Assembly: GCA_965112735.1 (NCBI GenBank)
Contig: OZ218953.1
Coordinates: 248,001-312,000 of the forward strand
Source of the DNA: Phaeosaccion multiseriatum
Taxonomy: Eukaryota; Protista; Ochrophyta, other classes
Direction of reading: 5' to 3'
Length of the DNA stretch: 64,000 bases
A program made the position numbers and the translations under genes. The stretch's first letter is position 1, and each line of letters opens with the position of its first letter. Shown one piece after another: positions 12,963 to 24,443 of the stretch. Under the pieces are notes generated by a model. It made no database searches, was not told where the DNA came from, and was given only the letters and a program-made list of their open reading frames with translations.

Positions 12963-13840
12963 AGGGGAGGGAGGGAGGGAAGGAGGGAGGGAGGGAGGGA
13001 GGGAAGGAGGGAGGGAGGGAGGGAGGGAGAGAGGGAGGGAGGAAGGGAGGGAGGGAGGGAGGGAGGGAGGGAGGGAGGGAGGGAGGGAGGGAGGGAGGGA
13101 GGGAGGGAGGGAGGGAGGGAGGGAGGGAGGGAGGGAGGGAGGGAGGGAGGGAGGGAGGGAGGGAGGGAGGGAGGGAGGGAGGGAGGGAGGGAGGGAGGGA
13201 GGGAGGGAGGGAGGGAGGGAGGGAGGGAGGGAGGGAGGGAGGGAGGGAGGGAGGGAGGGAGGGAGGGAGGGAGGGAGGGAGGGAGGGAGGGAGGGAGGGA
13301 GGGAGGGAGGGAGGGAGGGAGGGAGGGAGGGAGGGAGGGAGGGAGGGAGGGAGGGAGGGAGGGAGGGAGGGAGGGAGGGAGGGAGGGAGGGAGGGAGGGA
13401 GGGAGGGAGGGAGGGAGGGAGGGAGGGAGGGAGGGAGGGAGGGAGGGAGGGAGGGAGGGAGGGAGGGAGGGAGGGAGGGAGGGAGGGAGGGAGGGAGGGA
13501 GGGAGGGAGGGAGGGAGGGAGGGAGGGAGGGAGGGAGGGAGGGAGGGAGGGAGGGAGGGAGGGAGGGAGGGAGGGAGGGAGGGAGGGAGGGAGGGAGGGA
13601 GGGAGGGAGGGAGGGAGGGAGGGAGGGAGGGAGGGAGGGAGGGAGGGAGGGAGGGAGGGAGGGAGGGAGGGAGGGAGGGAGGGAGGGAGGGAGGGAGGGA
13701 GGGAGGGAGGGAGGGAGGGAGGGAGGGAGGGAGGGAGGGAGGGAGGGAGGGAGGGAGGGAGGGAGGGAGGGAGGGAGGGAGGGAGGGAGGGAGGGAGGGA
13801 GGGAGGGAGGGAGGGAGGGAGGGAGGGAGGGAGGGAGGGA
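12963..13840. repeat. ~880 bp (GGGA)n homopurine microsatellite
   Basis: Slightly degenerate over the first ~85 bp, then perfect GGGA repeats. Confidence 0.97.
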
Positions 13841-13841
13841 G

Positions 13842-14031
13842 TCGACCCTGGACAAGATCATCTGATTCTGATTACGGCCGGCGCAGCCGGCCTGATTACT
13901 GATTATGACCGGCGCCAGCCGGTCTGGTTGCTTACAGCCGGTGACCAGCCGGCCTGATTACTGATTTTGCGCCGGCCGGGGGCTGATTACTGGTTACGGC
14001 CGGCGCACACCGTAATCTTGTCCAGGGTCGA
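13842..14031. mobile_element. 190-bp MITE-like element with perfect 17-bp terminal inverted repeats
   Basis: TCGACCCTGGACAAGAT (13842-13858) and ATCTTGTCCAGGGTCGA (14015-14031). The interior is non-coding with subrepeats. Confidence 0.7.
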
Positions 14032-14433
14032 TAGGCCTAGGCCGGGGGGGCTGCGCCAAAAATAGGCCTAGGCCGGGGACCTGCGGCCCCCTCTAGGCCT
14101 AGGCCGGGGGCCTGCGGCCCCCCTAGGCCGGCCAAATTTCGTCTCTAGGCCTAGGCTTCTAGGCCAGTCTGGAGCCGATGATTCGTGTTGTCTCTTTCCG
14201 CCTCGCCTGGATGCCCTGCCTCCGAGGAGTGCATGCCCAGGCCTACAGGCATGCTGCTATGCTGCTGCCACTGGATGCTGCTGCCACTGGCTGGGCGACC
14301 CCACGCACGCGCCCACGGTCACCGGGAGGCTGCCCTAGCTAGAGGCTGCCTAACCAGGCCGCGTAGGACTAAAAAGTGAGCGGCCTACGATAGGTGGCTG
14401 GTACGGCTAAAAGTCTATTGTATTAGAATTGAT

Positions 14434-17400
14434 TCAAATTCCGTTCTCCAGCTCCAGCTTGTGGTGCGTGTAGGTGTGGCCCTCCGTCTTTCCCATGCCG
14501 TCCACAGTGTGGCACGAGTCGGAGCGCAGTACCCACTTGGTGGTAAGCAGGCCCTCCACACCCACGGGCCCTCTGGCGTGAATCCTCCCTGTGGAGATGC
14601 CCACCTCTGCCCCGAGCCCGAAGCGGAAACCGTCGCTGAAGCGCGTGCTGGCGTTGTGGAACACGCAGGCGGCGTCCACTGTCTGCAAAAAGTGGTCCGC
14701 GGCGGCTTGGTCCTCTGTGACGATGGCCTCTGTGTGGCCGCTGCCGAACTTGTGTATGTGCGCGATGGCCTCCTCGGCACTGCCCACCACCTCCAAGCTG
14801 ACGCCAAAGTCGCCGTACTCCGTCTTGAACGAGGTGGGGTCTGCGCTGCCTAGCGAGGGCACCAGGCCGAACGACAAGGCCCTGGGCCCTCCGTTGAGCT
14901 GCACGCCCGCCAGATTGAGGCGCGTGAGTAAGTTGGACATGAGTTCTCCCCCCAGCAGCGACTGCGGCCGGCAGACCGGGGCACAGAGAGGCAAATTCGG
15001 GCGGGGGTCGGTTAGTAGACAGCGGAAGCTCTTCCACAGCGCTTTTCCTCTCCTGTTACCTCGTGTATGAGAATGGTCTCGCAGGCGTTGCAAGCAGCCG
15101 GGTAGTTGGTCTTGGAATCCACCGTAATCGCCGCCGCCTGAACAAAAAGGGGGGCGAGCGGGGGCACGTGCTAAACTTAACGTCTGCCTCACTAACAGAG
15201 AAAGGACAGCATAGCACACAAAAAACATGACGTACTTTCTCACTGTCCGCGTCCTTGTCAATATACACATGGCAGATGCCCTCTGCGTGCCCCATGACGG
15301 GGATCTTGGTGCCCTCCTTGATGCTCGTCACCAGCGCTCCGCTGCCGCGCGGGATGACGAGGTCGATGACGTCATCGAGCTTGAGCAGCGCTCCGATGGC
15401 GCTGCGCGTGGTGATGAGTCCGATGGCACTTCGCGGCACGCGGCCCTTGCTGGCCTCATGCACGGCGTCCACGATGATGCCGTGCAGGGCCCTGTTGCTG
15501 TTCACGGCCTCCTTGCCGCCCTTGAGCAGCAGGCCGTTGCCGCTCCTCAGAGCCAGGGACGCAATCTGCCGCACACAACAAAAGGCGGCGACCAATGTCA
15601 GACAAAACGCCCCGCTGGCTGCTGCTGGACAGATCAACCAGATAGACAGACAAGGCAGACAGACTGTGCGCACCTGCGGAAGAGAGTCCGGGCGGCTCTC
15701 GAAGATGATGAGCAGCACGCCGATGGGCACCGTGACCTGCTTGAGCACTAGGCCCTTGGACACCTCCAGGTTGCTGATGCAGCGCTCCAGGGGCTCGTCC
15801 GTGTCCGCCAGGGACGAAATGCCCTCGGCCAGCGTGGCCAGCTTGGTCGGCGTGAGCGCCAGCCTGTTGAGGAGAGGGGCTGCACGATTGGGGACGGACG
15901 GGACAAGAGATTTGTGCCTCGCTCCCTTCTCCATATCTCTCTTTGTGTGTGTGTGTGTGTGTCCTCCCTCACCTTCCAAGTTGTTGGCCTTGGCTGCGGC
16001 CAGGTCCTTCGCGTTTGCCTGCAGGATTTCGTCCTGTCTGGCCAACAGCTTCTCCGCCACTGCCCGCAGCACGTCGCTCCTCTCGTCGCTGGTCATTGCA
16101 CACAGGGCTCGTCCACCGGCCCTCGCGGCTTCGGCCTGAGCGCGCATCTCTTCCGTTTCTTTGCTCTGCGCTTGATCGTCGGCTGCCGCGGCGGCCAGGC
16201 TCGCCGATGCGGTCATACTACCGAGCGCTGCCGCTGCTGGCGCAGTAGGGGGCGTGGGCTGAGCGAGGAGGGACATGGGGGAGGCCATCAAGGCCTCCGT
16301 CGCGGACTGCTTCTCCTGCTCCTCCTGCAACTCCTCCGCCTCATCCAGAGCTTCCAGATCGGGCGCATTGACGCAAAACAGAGTGCCCACCTGGTCCGGG
16401 CCGTGGTTTGGTTGTTTGCGGGAGGCAGCAATGGTAGTCAGGCAAGTGAGACAAACAATTTTTTGCCACCCCAAGCTCCCTCCAAGGCCTATCTATCATT
16501 GACTACCCCACCCACTTTCTGTCCCGAGAGCACATTCTCGATGGAGTGCGGGTTGTGGCCCGAGGCGATGACGACGGAGGTGACTCCCCCGCCCACCGCC
16601 CGCCGCGCCGCCTTGATCTTGGCCTCCATTCCGCCGCGTCCGCTCGCGCTCTTGGCACCAATCTCTATTCTCGTTGCACCCGTGAAGGTGTGCACCACCT
16701 GCGTTGTTGAGCCAAAGCCAAAGTGTCAATAGTGCCAACGTATCCTCTCCATTCTCAGATTGAATCTAACCTTGGCCTCAGGCATGGAGGGGTGGCGGTC
16801 GTAGACGCCCTCCACGTCCGTGAGCAAGATCATGAGCTGGCAGTTGAGCTGCTCCGCCACCAGCGCGGCCAGCCCGTCGTTGTCGCTAAAGTGCCCCCCA
16901 TCGTCGTAGCCCTCGTTGCCAGACACGGCGTCGTTCTCGTTGAGGATGGGGATGATACCCATCTTCAGCATGGTGCTGATGGTGTGGCGCAAGTTACGTC
17001 GGCGCGCAGGAGTCCGAAAGTCGAACTCTGTCACAAGAATCTGAGCCATACATTTTGTAGGGAGTAGCGGAGTAGGGTTGGTTGGGATTTGTGCTCCACT
17101 CCTCCCCGCCCCGCCCCACAGCCACAAGTACCTGGCTGGTGGCAACGTCGCACTGCGAGAAGAGCGTGTCGTAGAGGCTCATGAGGCCCAGCTGCCCCGC
17201 CGCTGCGCAGGACGAGTCGTAGCTCCGCACGCCCTGGCGGCCGCTGCCCTCCTTCATGAGCGTGAGCGTGTCCAGCCCGTCCAGCACCTTGCCCATGCTC
17301 GTGTTCAGCATACTCTGCGCCCCCAAAACAAGCCCACAAGCGGCAGCGCGTCAAGCAGAATCACCGCCTGCCGAGGAGGGCGTGCGCAGGCGCTCCGCTC

Positions 17401-17704
17401 ACGTTCAGACCCCCCCACGTACCTGCTTCTTGAGCATTTGGCGCCCGATGCCCATGGCGCCACTGGACACCAAAATCACCTCCTTGCCGTGCCTCTTGAG
17501 CCACGCGCATTGCTCCACGATGGCGCCCAGCCTGTGCAGACTGGGATACCCCCGCGCATCCGTGACCACGCCCGTCCCGGCCTTCACCACCACGCGGTGC
17601 GCCATGGTCACATTCTTCCGGCTCTCTGCGGATTGCCCTGTTTTCACAGAGGTCCGCAGGGGCATGGGGAAGAGGATGGGAGATTCGGGATTCATGGGCT
17701 GCAT
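14434..17704 (-). CDS. P5CS: Delta-1-pyrroline-5-carboxylate synthase (bifunctional glutamate 5-kinase / gamma-glutamyl phosphate reductase)
   Basis: GK motifs: RVVVKAGTGVV, VILVSSGAMGIG, CAAAGQ, IPILNENDAV, DNDGLAA, GRGGMEAKI. GPR motifs: PIGVLLIIFESRP, LLKGGKEA, IDLVIPRG, HAEGICHVY, GSGHTEAI, NASTRFSDGFRFGLGAEVGISTGRIHARGPVG. An upstream exon near 17.9-18.0 kb (MAGRAWGRVFARSRAR..., presequence-like) is possible. Confidence 0.95.
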
Positions 17705-18561
17705 GACACATAAACACAACTGGATGATGTGTGGAGCGCGCCAACACGAACGCGCTCATGTTCAATTTGTAAGTCAATGAAAGTCGACCTCGATACTCAG
17801 CCTTCGAGCTCTCTCTTCGACTCTCTATCAACGCAGTGCTTTGCACCAAGGGAAATGATGTGTTTTTATGTTTTTATATGCTCAGTCCCGTGCGTCTACA
17901 ATCTGCACCATCTTATTGGGCTCGACGCCACATGCCCTACACGCGCACGGGAGCGGGCAAACACTCGGCCCCAGGCACGTCCAGCCATAGGCTCCAGGCC
18001 GTCATCTTTGAGCCCTGCGCCGCCTGCCCTGAGCCGCCTGCCCTAGCCGCTGGGCAAGTCTGCGGCCGGACACATTCCTGAGAACCGCCACACGTCAGTC
18101 CGGAGGCCGCCACTGATATGCGCAGCTGGCTTCTGAGTTCAGGCAGGAGGCCGCCTCTGGCTCCTGGCTTCTGAGGCTTGGGGGAAAGAGAGAGAAAGCT
18201 TGCCTGGGACGGAGCGCAGTATCATTGCGACGGTGCAAAGTCAAGAGGCTGACGCACGCCTGTTCTGCTGCTGTTTCTCTGACGAGCCATCCCTGCGGGG
18301 GTGCGAAGTGAAGTGTCCGTATTTCCTCTCGTGGGGGGACTGGTGATGGCGCTCTCCCCATGCTCGCCTCAGTCTCGACCCCTCACGTGCTTCTGCGGGC
18401 CCCGTAGCATACTATTGCCCGGTAGCAAGTAGCAGGCCGGCTGGCGCCGCAAGTAAGTGGCAGATAGGACGAAGGTCCATCCCTCTCGCACTGAAAATGC
18501 TGCACTCACGATGAATCTTTCACTCATGCGATGAATCTTTCAAAGCCCTTTAGGCCTCCGC

Positions 18562-19084
18562 TCAGAAGGAAAGGGGCTCTGACGCGGCTTTCCCAAGCCC
18601 TTGCGGGTCAAAACTGAACCTAGGCAGGCCAATGAGTGTGGTCACCGTCTTGAACTTGCCCTTCAACGTCTCGAACGAAAGCATCACGTCAGCATCCTGG
18701 CTATTGATACGTGGAACCTGAGAAGCATGCTGCACTACTCCATCCATGCCCTTTACGGCCTTGGGAGGGAAAGTTCCGGGGTCTGTGACAAAAGAAACAG
18801 AAACCAGCAAGTCAGCTCCTTCCTTCCCCGCCCCCCTCCTATCTGTCTCTAGGCAATGCGATACCATCAACTCTCTTCCCCCCGCCGCACTCACGTCCGC
18901 TTTCGATGGCCAGCCATGTGGCGCAGCACCCCTCGTAGAACGCCGCTTCCGTTGCCAGTTCGTAGCCCTTGCTCTCCCCCCAGCCTCGGGCTTGGCCCCT
19001 GCCCTTCGCCCGCCCGCTTGCGAATCCTTCCTCCCTGCCCTTCTCTGCCGCCACAGAGTCCAGATCCAGTATAGAGTCGAACAT
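18562..19084 (-). CDS. LTO1: LTO1/ORAOV1-like (Yae1_N, deca-GX3) CIA adaptor, 2 exons
   Basis: MFDSILDLDS...GREEGFASGRAKGRGQARGWGESKGYELATEAAFYEGCC gives a GxxxG ladder. Exon 2 has ETLKGKFKTV and ends in an aromatic residue (PLSF). Confidence 0.8.
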
Positions 19085-19228
19085 ACCTGCTTGCTTGTAT
19101 TTCCTTTCTCACGAGACCACTTTACTATTAGCCATTGGGGGATATATTGTGTTTGTAAAGATGGAAGAGAGAAAAGAAGAAGACTTCTTGGGCTTTGCTC
19201 TGGAGGAGCGAGTGGCCCACGCCAAGGC

Positions 19229-20389
19229 ATGCTCACTCACGCAGCGGATGAGAATGGGCGAGAGATCTTGTACATGGGCGATGAACAAGCTCCTTACACT
19301 GGGGACAACAGGATCGTCATGATGGAGTGGGAGAAGCCCTACATGTGAGTTGATGAGGGGGTGGGAGGGTCGGAGGGGAGGACGGGAGAGTGTCGTCAAA
19401 TAGAGCGGGAGACACACCTATTGTCAGCTGGCAAGAGAGGCCAGATGAACGGCCCCAACCCCCGCCAACCCACCCTTCCCTTCTTCCCTTCCTTTGACCG
19501 GCTCACACCACACCCAGGGAGAGGCTGGTCGAGGCTGCGATGATTACACGCGAGAGTGACGTGTTGGAGATAGGGTGAGATTGGGTAGGGGACTTGGGGC
19601 GTCGTTAGTGTTGCTTTGTCTTTCTCCTCCTCCTCCCCTCCTTCTGTGTCCCTCCCTTCTTCCTGTCCTTCCTCACTCCTTTCCCGTGCACGTATTATTT
19701 GTTGCCTCAGGTACGGGCTGGGTTATTCCGCGGCTGCCATCCAGCGACAGCGACCGGCCTCGCACACCATCATCGAATGTGATGCGACTGTATTGGTGTC
19801 TCTCAAGAGATGGGCATTGCTGCAGGAGGAGGAGAGGGGGCAAAAGGTCATTGTAGTCGAGGGCTTCTGGCAGCAGCAGCTTCCCGGCCTGGCCGACTCG
19901 TCCTTCTCTGTGGCTTTCTTCGACGACTTCCCCCTGTCGTACAAGGAAGAGCAGCAGATGAGCAGCAGCAGCAGCAGCACGGACGCTCAATCTCCAGGCG
20001 CGACGCGCTGGCGAGATTTTGTCACTGCGTGCGTGCCCAAGCTGAGGCAGGAGGGGAGAATCACGGGTTACATGGCCACCCCTCTCGACGCGTCCTTACG
20101 GTCAATCCCAAGGATCGAGGTAACTCAGCTGCAGCCGTTTGCCGTGTCGCCGTCAGACAACTGTGGCTACTACCCTTGGTCGCACGCCTGCGTGCCTATT
20201 CTCAAGGTTCTCGCCAAGCCGGACGGGCACTCCTCAGGAGAAGGGGGAAGAGGAGGAAAGAGAAATGCTGCGGAGGCTCCAGAGGACCCCGCAAGACGCC
20301 AGCGACGAAAGCTCCTCCACGCACTTGTAGTGGAGAAGCTCATGGGAAAGGGCGAGGAGGTGCTTTTCGAGGCCACAGCTCCATCATAG
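19229..20389 (+). CDS. GAMT/RMT2-family class I SAM-dependent methyltransferase (3 exons)
   Basis: The spliced product reads VMMEWEKPYMERLVEAA...VLEIGYGLGYSAAAIQ...HTIIEC...VVEGFWQ...FFDDFP, which is typical of guanidinoacetate MT / Rmt2. The start codon is ambiguous (19161 vs 19229). Confidence 0.8.
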
Positions 20390-21741
20390 GGTAAGATGGA
20401 ATCAAAGGGAAGCCACCACCCCTCTATGCGATGCGTGCAAGACCGTCGGTTTGTTAAACTGTGATTCTGTCTGCTTCAACGGAGTGCATCCTCTGAGCGC
20501 ACCGCAAGCCCCCGGTGCCCGCTCAGAGGATACCCCGCGGGGTAAATGACGCGCCAAGAGTAACGCAGCTTACAACTGTACTGACCGCTTTTGACTGGTT
20601 TGGTTGAGTAGTGCCAACGCAGACAGATACCGATCAGACAACTCCTCATTGCGATGACGACGAGTGAAACTGATAAGTTGTCGTTCTCCCCCCAAACACC
20701 TCTTCCACCTGACGTGCTTCCTGTGCGATTGGGCCAGGCCCTTGACACGCAGCGGAGTGTGCCCACAAGGCCGCCGGGCGTGAGGGCATGATGGGCTTGG
20801 AGGGATGTGACTCCCGTTGTCTGTCTGTCAGCACGACAGAAAGGAAGGAAGACCGCCATGGCCAGTAAGGTCCAACGACAACGGCCTCCAACACGTGGCT
20901 GTTGCTAAGTGTGGAGGTCTCGGTACACCATCAGCTGCTGTTGACTTGTATTACAGCAGCCGCTGCCCCGCTCGACTTGACCAAGTACTTCGTCAAACCC
21001 AGTGCCTTCACCCACACTTATGGGCCACCGGACATCGTGAGGGACTGGGAGCTGATCTGATGGTCTCCAAGATAAGCATCGAGCATTTGGCCCAATTGCT
21101 CCTGTCACTCTCGGTGGTGGCCTGATGGCTGGACTTCTGCAGCAGCAGGGTTTCCCCCCAGCGCACTCACTGGACTTGTTACAGAATGGAGAGGGCGGGC
21201 GTCCGACGCGGTGGGTGGCTTGGTGGACAAGGGCGGGCTCGGGCTCGGCTCGGGAGAGGGCTTGGGGATCAGGGTGCCATTGTGCCCGGTGCGAAGGCGG
21301 GTGAGGGCCAGGGTGAGGCCCGTCCACTTACGCGATAGGCCCATGGCAGGTACAGGACCGCCCACAGACTCCAATGTGCAGGGTGGCTCACAGAGTCCAA
21401 TGCCAGGAGAGCTGACGTGCACGGCACCGAGGATTGAGCATGTTTGCTATAGTTGGTGCAAAGGAAAAATCAGTTCACCCTCTCTTCTCCGACTCCCTCT
21501 TCCTATGGGTATAAAATTTTCCTCTCCTTGTGGGCTCACCCCGGCTGTGAGAGTGGGGAGGACATACGAGAGTAGGGCGCCGCCATGCCCATTCCCTCCC
21601 ATGAGCTTCTTTTGTCAGTCAGATCAGCCCCTCTAAAGAGCACTGACGGGTTAAAGCTGTACAATACAGGGATACATTGATTTTAAACATACATTGCTAG
21701 CCGTTGTGCTGCTGCTGTTGGTGCTTCTGCACTGCCCAGCC

Positions 21742-23543
21742 CTACGAAGAGTCGAGCAGGTTGAGCAGGTAGTTGGCCGCCCTTTCTTCGTGTCCTTCGC
21801 ACACCTCGTACGCCTCCCTCACTCGCTCGCGATCGCAGCCCGTGATGCCCATCAGCTGCGTCGGGCGTGAGAAAAGGGGGGCGAGTGCAGCGATTAGGCC
21901 CGGCGCCACACCTCTACTCTTGGGATACATGCACAAGGCTGCGAGGCACACTACTCACCCGGGTGATGACCTCCTCATCCACGGCGGAAGCGCCCCCCAG
22001 ATGGCCGCCACCGCTGGGCCCGGCGGCATGGTCCGTCTCCATCGCCCTGGGGGCCGAGAGTAACAGAGGCCGACCGATGAAGGGGGGGGTTGGGTGTGTC
22101 CGCAAGCATGCATGTGACTGCTTTCTTACCTGTGCTCCGCCTCTCCCGCCGGGGCCGCAGCTGCTGCCCCATCTTCACCATCTTCCTCGTCGGGCCCGCT
22201 GCCCGTGCCAGGCTCCTCCTGGCTGTGCACCACGTTGAGGAATGCCTGCGGGTCGTTGTGTATGGCGGCCACGAGGAGGGGGTCCTGCTCGCCGAGCGCC
22301 TGCAGCACTTCCTGTAGGGCGTTGGGGTTGCTCTGCTCCTCCACAGATAGCACAAGCAAGGCAGCGCGTCAGTCGATTGGCCACACTTGGCGGCCACACC
22401 CCGGAGCATGAGCAGGCGCACCTGAACGACGCGCTGAATCTCGGGGAACTGGGGGTGCCTACGCAAATGGTCGAGTGAGCGGAAGGAGGGTGTCCACAGG
22501 GAGTCCTGCCCTTCCGGGTACCCCTCTCCTACGGCCCTCTCGTGTACCACGCTGCCCCCCTCTGGCTGCAGGGGCGCCTGTGGGAGGCCCTCCATGAGAT
22601 ACTCGGTGGCCACCTCAACGATGCCATCCGCGGCCTCCAGGGCTGCTTTGCACTGTTGCAAGGAAGAGTATGTGGGCATTACGTGTTCGATAAGCCTGGC
22701 GGGCTTGCAAACAGGCACGGACCTGCTCCTTGGGGAAGCCCATGGACATCAGCTGCTCAAGGAGCTCATGTCCAGGAGCGGGGCTCTCTGCCGGAGCAGC
22801 AGCAGCAGCAGGGGCAGCGCCAGGGGCAGCAGGAGAAGGATCGCGCCCACCCGACTCTGCCGGTGGAGTCGCTGGAAGGAGAGCAGCGTTGAGTTGAGTT
22901 GAGTTGAGGGGATGGAGAGGGAAGGGGCTTTCACATACATGGCGACTTCTTGGGCTTATTCTTCTTGGACTTAGCGACAAAGCAAACAACCTTATCGTCT
23001 CGCTGAATGTCATACTCGCGCAGGGCCTTTTCATCATCGGACAGAACGGTGCCCTGCAAGGGACAAGGCGAGGGAGGAGGAGAGTGACGGGGATGAGGAG
23101 CAGTCGATGGAAGCAACCGAGATGCCTGACGACCAGACCACTGACAGACACTTGTTCGCCCCGCTTGGATCTTGAGGAGGCTCAAAAAGAGGCCGCTGGG
23201 CACGCTCCATGCCACTGGCCAGACAGAGAGTGCTGTAGAACACACACCGTGCTTGACTTCCGCAATATCTCAAACGGATCTACACGGAAGCACGCAATAG
23301 GCTCTTGCAACTATACCTTGCACACGAGCTTTTGTTTACTCGCACTATAGTCCTCTCCCCGTTCCTTCTGGATCGCAGCCTTCAAGTCCCACACCTTCCG
23401 CAAAAAAGGGGGGAAAAGAGGTCAAGCAAGCATTTAAGCAACGAAGGGAAAAGCCCAAGCTTATCTTTTACCTTGTCATCTTCCCGGACCTTCACCTCGA
23501 AGAAGTCTCCCCCAATCGTCTGTATCCTTACAGCCAAATCCAT
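21742..23543 (-). CDS. RAD23: RAD23-type ubiquitin receptor (UbL-UBA-STI1/XPC-binding-UBA)
   Basis: UbL: VRIQTIGGDFFEVKV...VWDLKAAIQKE...QKLVCKGTVLSDD. UBA: LEQLMSMGFPKEQCKAALEAA...ATEYLMEG. XPC-binding: LDHLRRHPQF...QSNPNALQEVLQALGEQDP. C-terminal UBA: EAYEVCEGHEERAANYLL. Confidence 0.92.
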
Positions 23544-23707
23544 GGCGGCAGAGGAAAAAGAGAAAAGAGAGAAGGGGGGGGGGCGGAGGGCGGGCGGGGC
23601 TTCGTTTTGTTGACTTACCGACCGACCCTCGCTTTCACGATTGCTTTCACCTCAAAGCTCGTCTGCTTGAGACGCCTGGCCTTGAATTTTGTTGCGTCGG
23701 CTGCAAA

Positions 23708-24133
23708 ATGGCGAGTGGATTGAAGAGCCGGAGGAGAGGCAGGGCAGCAACGGAACCACCAGACGAGGACTTGGCGTACTCAGAGGAGAGGGCAGGACGA
23801 GACGAAGAGGACGCCGACAGGGTCGAGCCTGGGTCAGTTTTCGACGGGGATTTGCTTGGGCAGGACTTGTCCCGCAACTTGATCCAGCGCATGTACTTTC
23901 TGTTCCAGGTGGAAACGGGGGTGTTCGCCTGTAGTATACCAGAGCAAGTCATCATTATCAGTTGTATTCTATCGTGTCTGTGGTTTAGTCTATACTACAC
24001 GTGTCGTGCCGTACTGTGGGTTGCGAGGCTTCTCCTCAGCGTCCCCTTCGTGGAGGAGCAGTGGCTTCGTGTGCTGCAGAGTGGCAAGGAGCTGGGCTCG
24101 AGTGTGGGCGTGAGCTTCAGGTCTATGTGGTGA
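23708..24133 (+). CDS. Small membrane protein, serine palmitoyltransferase small subunit (ssSPT/DUF3317)-like
   Basis: Single-exon 141 aa ORF. QRMYFLFQVETGVFACSIPEQVIIISCILSCLWFSLYY resembles the ssSPT pattern (aromatic-Q-x-x-T-(G/A)-x-aromatic ... E + TM). Confidence 0.5.
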   Translation: MASGLKSRRRGRAATEPPDEDLAYSEERAGRDEEDADRVEPGSVFDGDLLGQDLSRNLIQRMYFLFQVETGVFACSIPEQVIIISCILSCLWFSLYYTCRAVLWVARLLLSVPFVEEQWLRVLQSGKELGSSVGVSFRSMW

Positions 24134-24443
24134 TGGGTCTCCGATCAGATACCTTGGGGACAAGTGGAGATAGAGCTATGCACCCGAGGGCTGCATAGTG
24201 TTATTCGCCCCATGGGGTGCACAGTTCCACCTGCGTAGTACGTACAACTGGTGGGAGTATCGCGGCTGTTGTGTTCAGAGAGGCATTTTGTGGTTTGCAC
24301 CGGTTGTTGTGCCCAAGGCTCAGCAGCAGAAGGCCTGGAGCACGCACAAACTATTGTATAAACTATAATTAGTTGACTTCAAGAAGCGACTTGGCGCTTG
24401 TAGCTTGCGCAGCCGGCAGACTGCCCATGCCTGGCGCCACAGC

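Larger units (their letters stand above)
12690..14165. repeat. CTAGGCC-rich degenerate repeat (12690-12804 and 14032-14165) interrupted by nested insertions
   Basis: Repeated (C)TAGGCC motifs lie on both sides. The junctions read ...TAGGCCTAGGCC|TCGACC and GGTCGA|TAGGCCTAGGCC. Confidence 0.65.

Noticed and set aside
12963-13840. Interstitial telomere
   Set aside because: The unit is GGGA, not a TTAGGG/TTTAGGG-type repeat.
12896-13902. ORFs of 321 aa (LPPS)n and 317 aa (GGRE)n
   Set aside because: They are translation artefacts of the (GGGA)n microsatellite.
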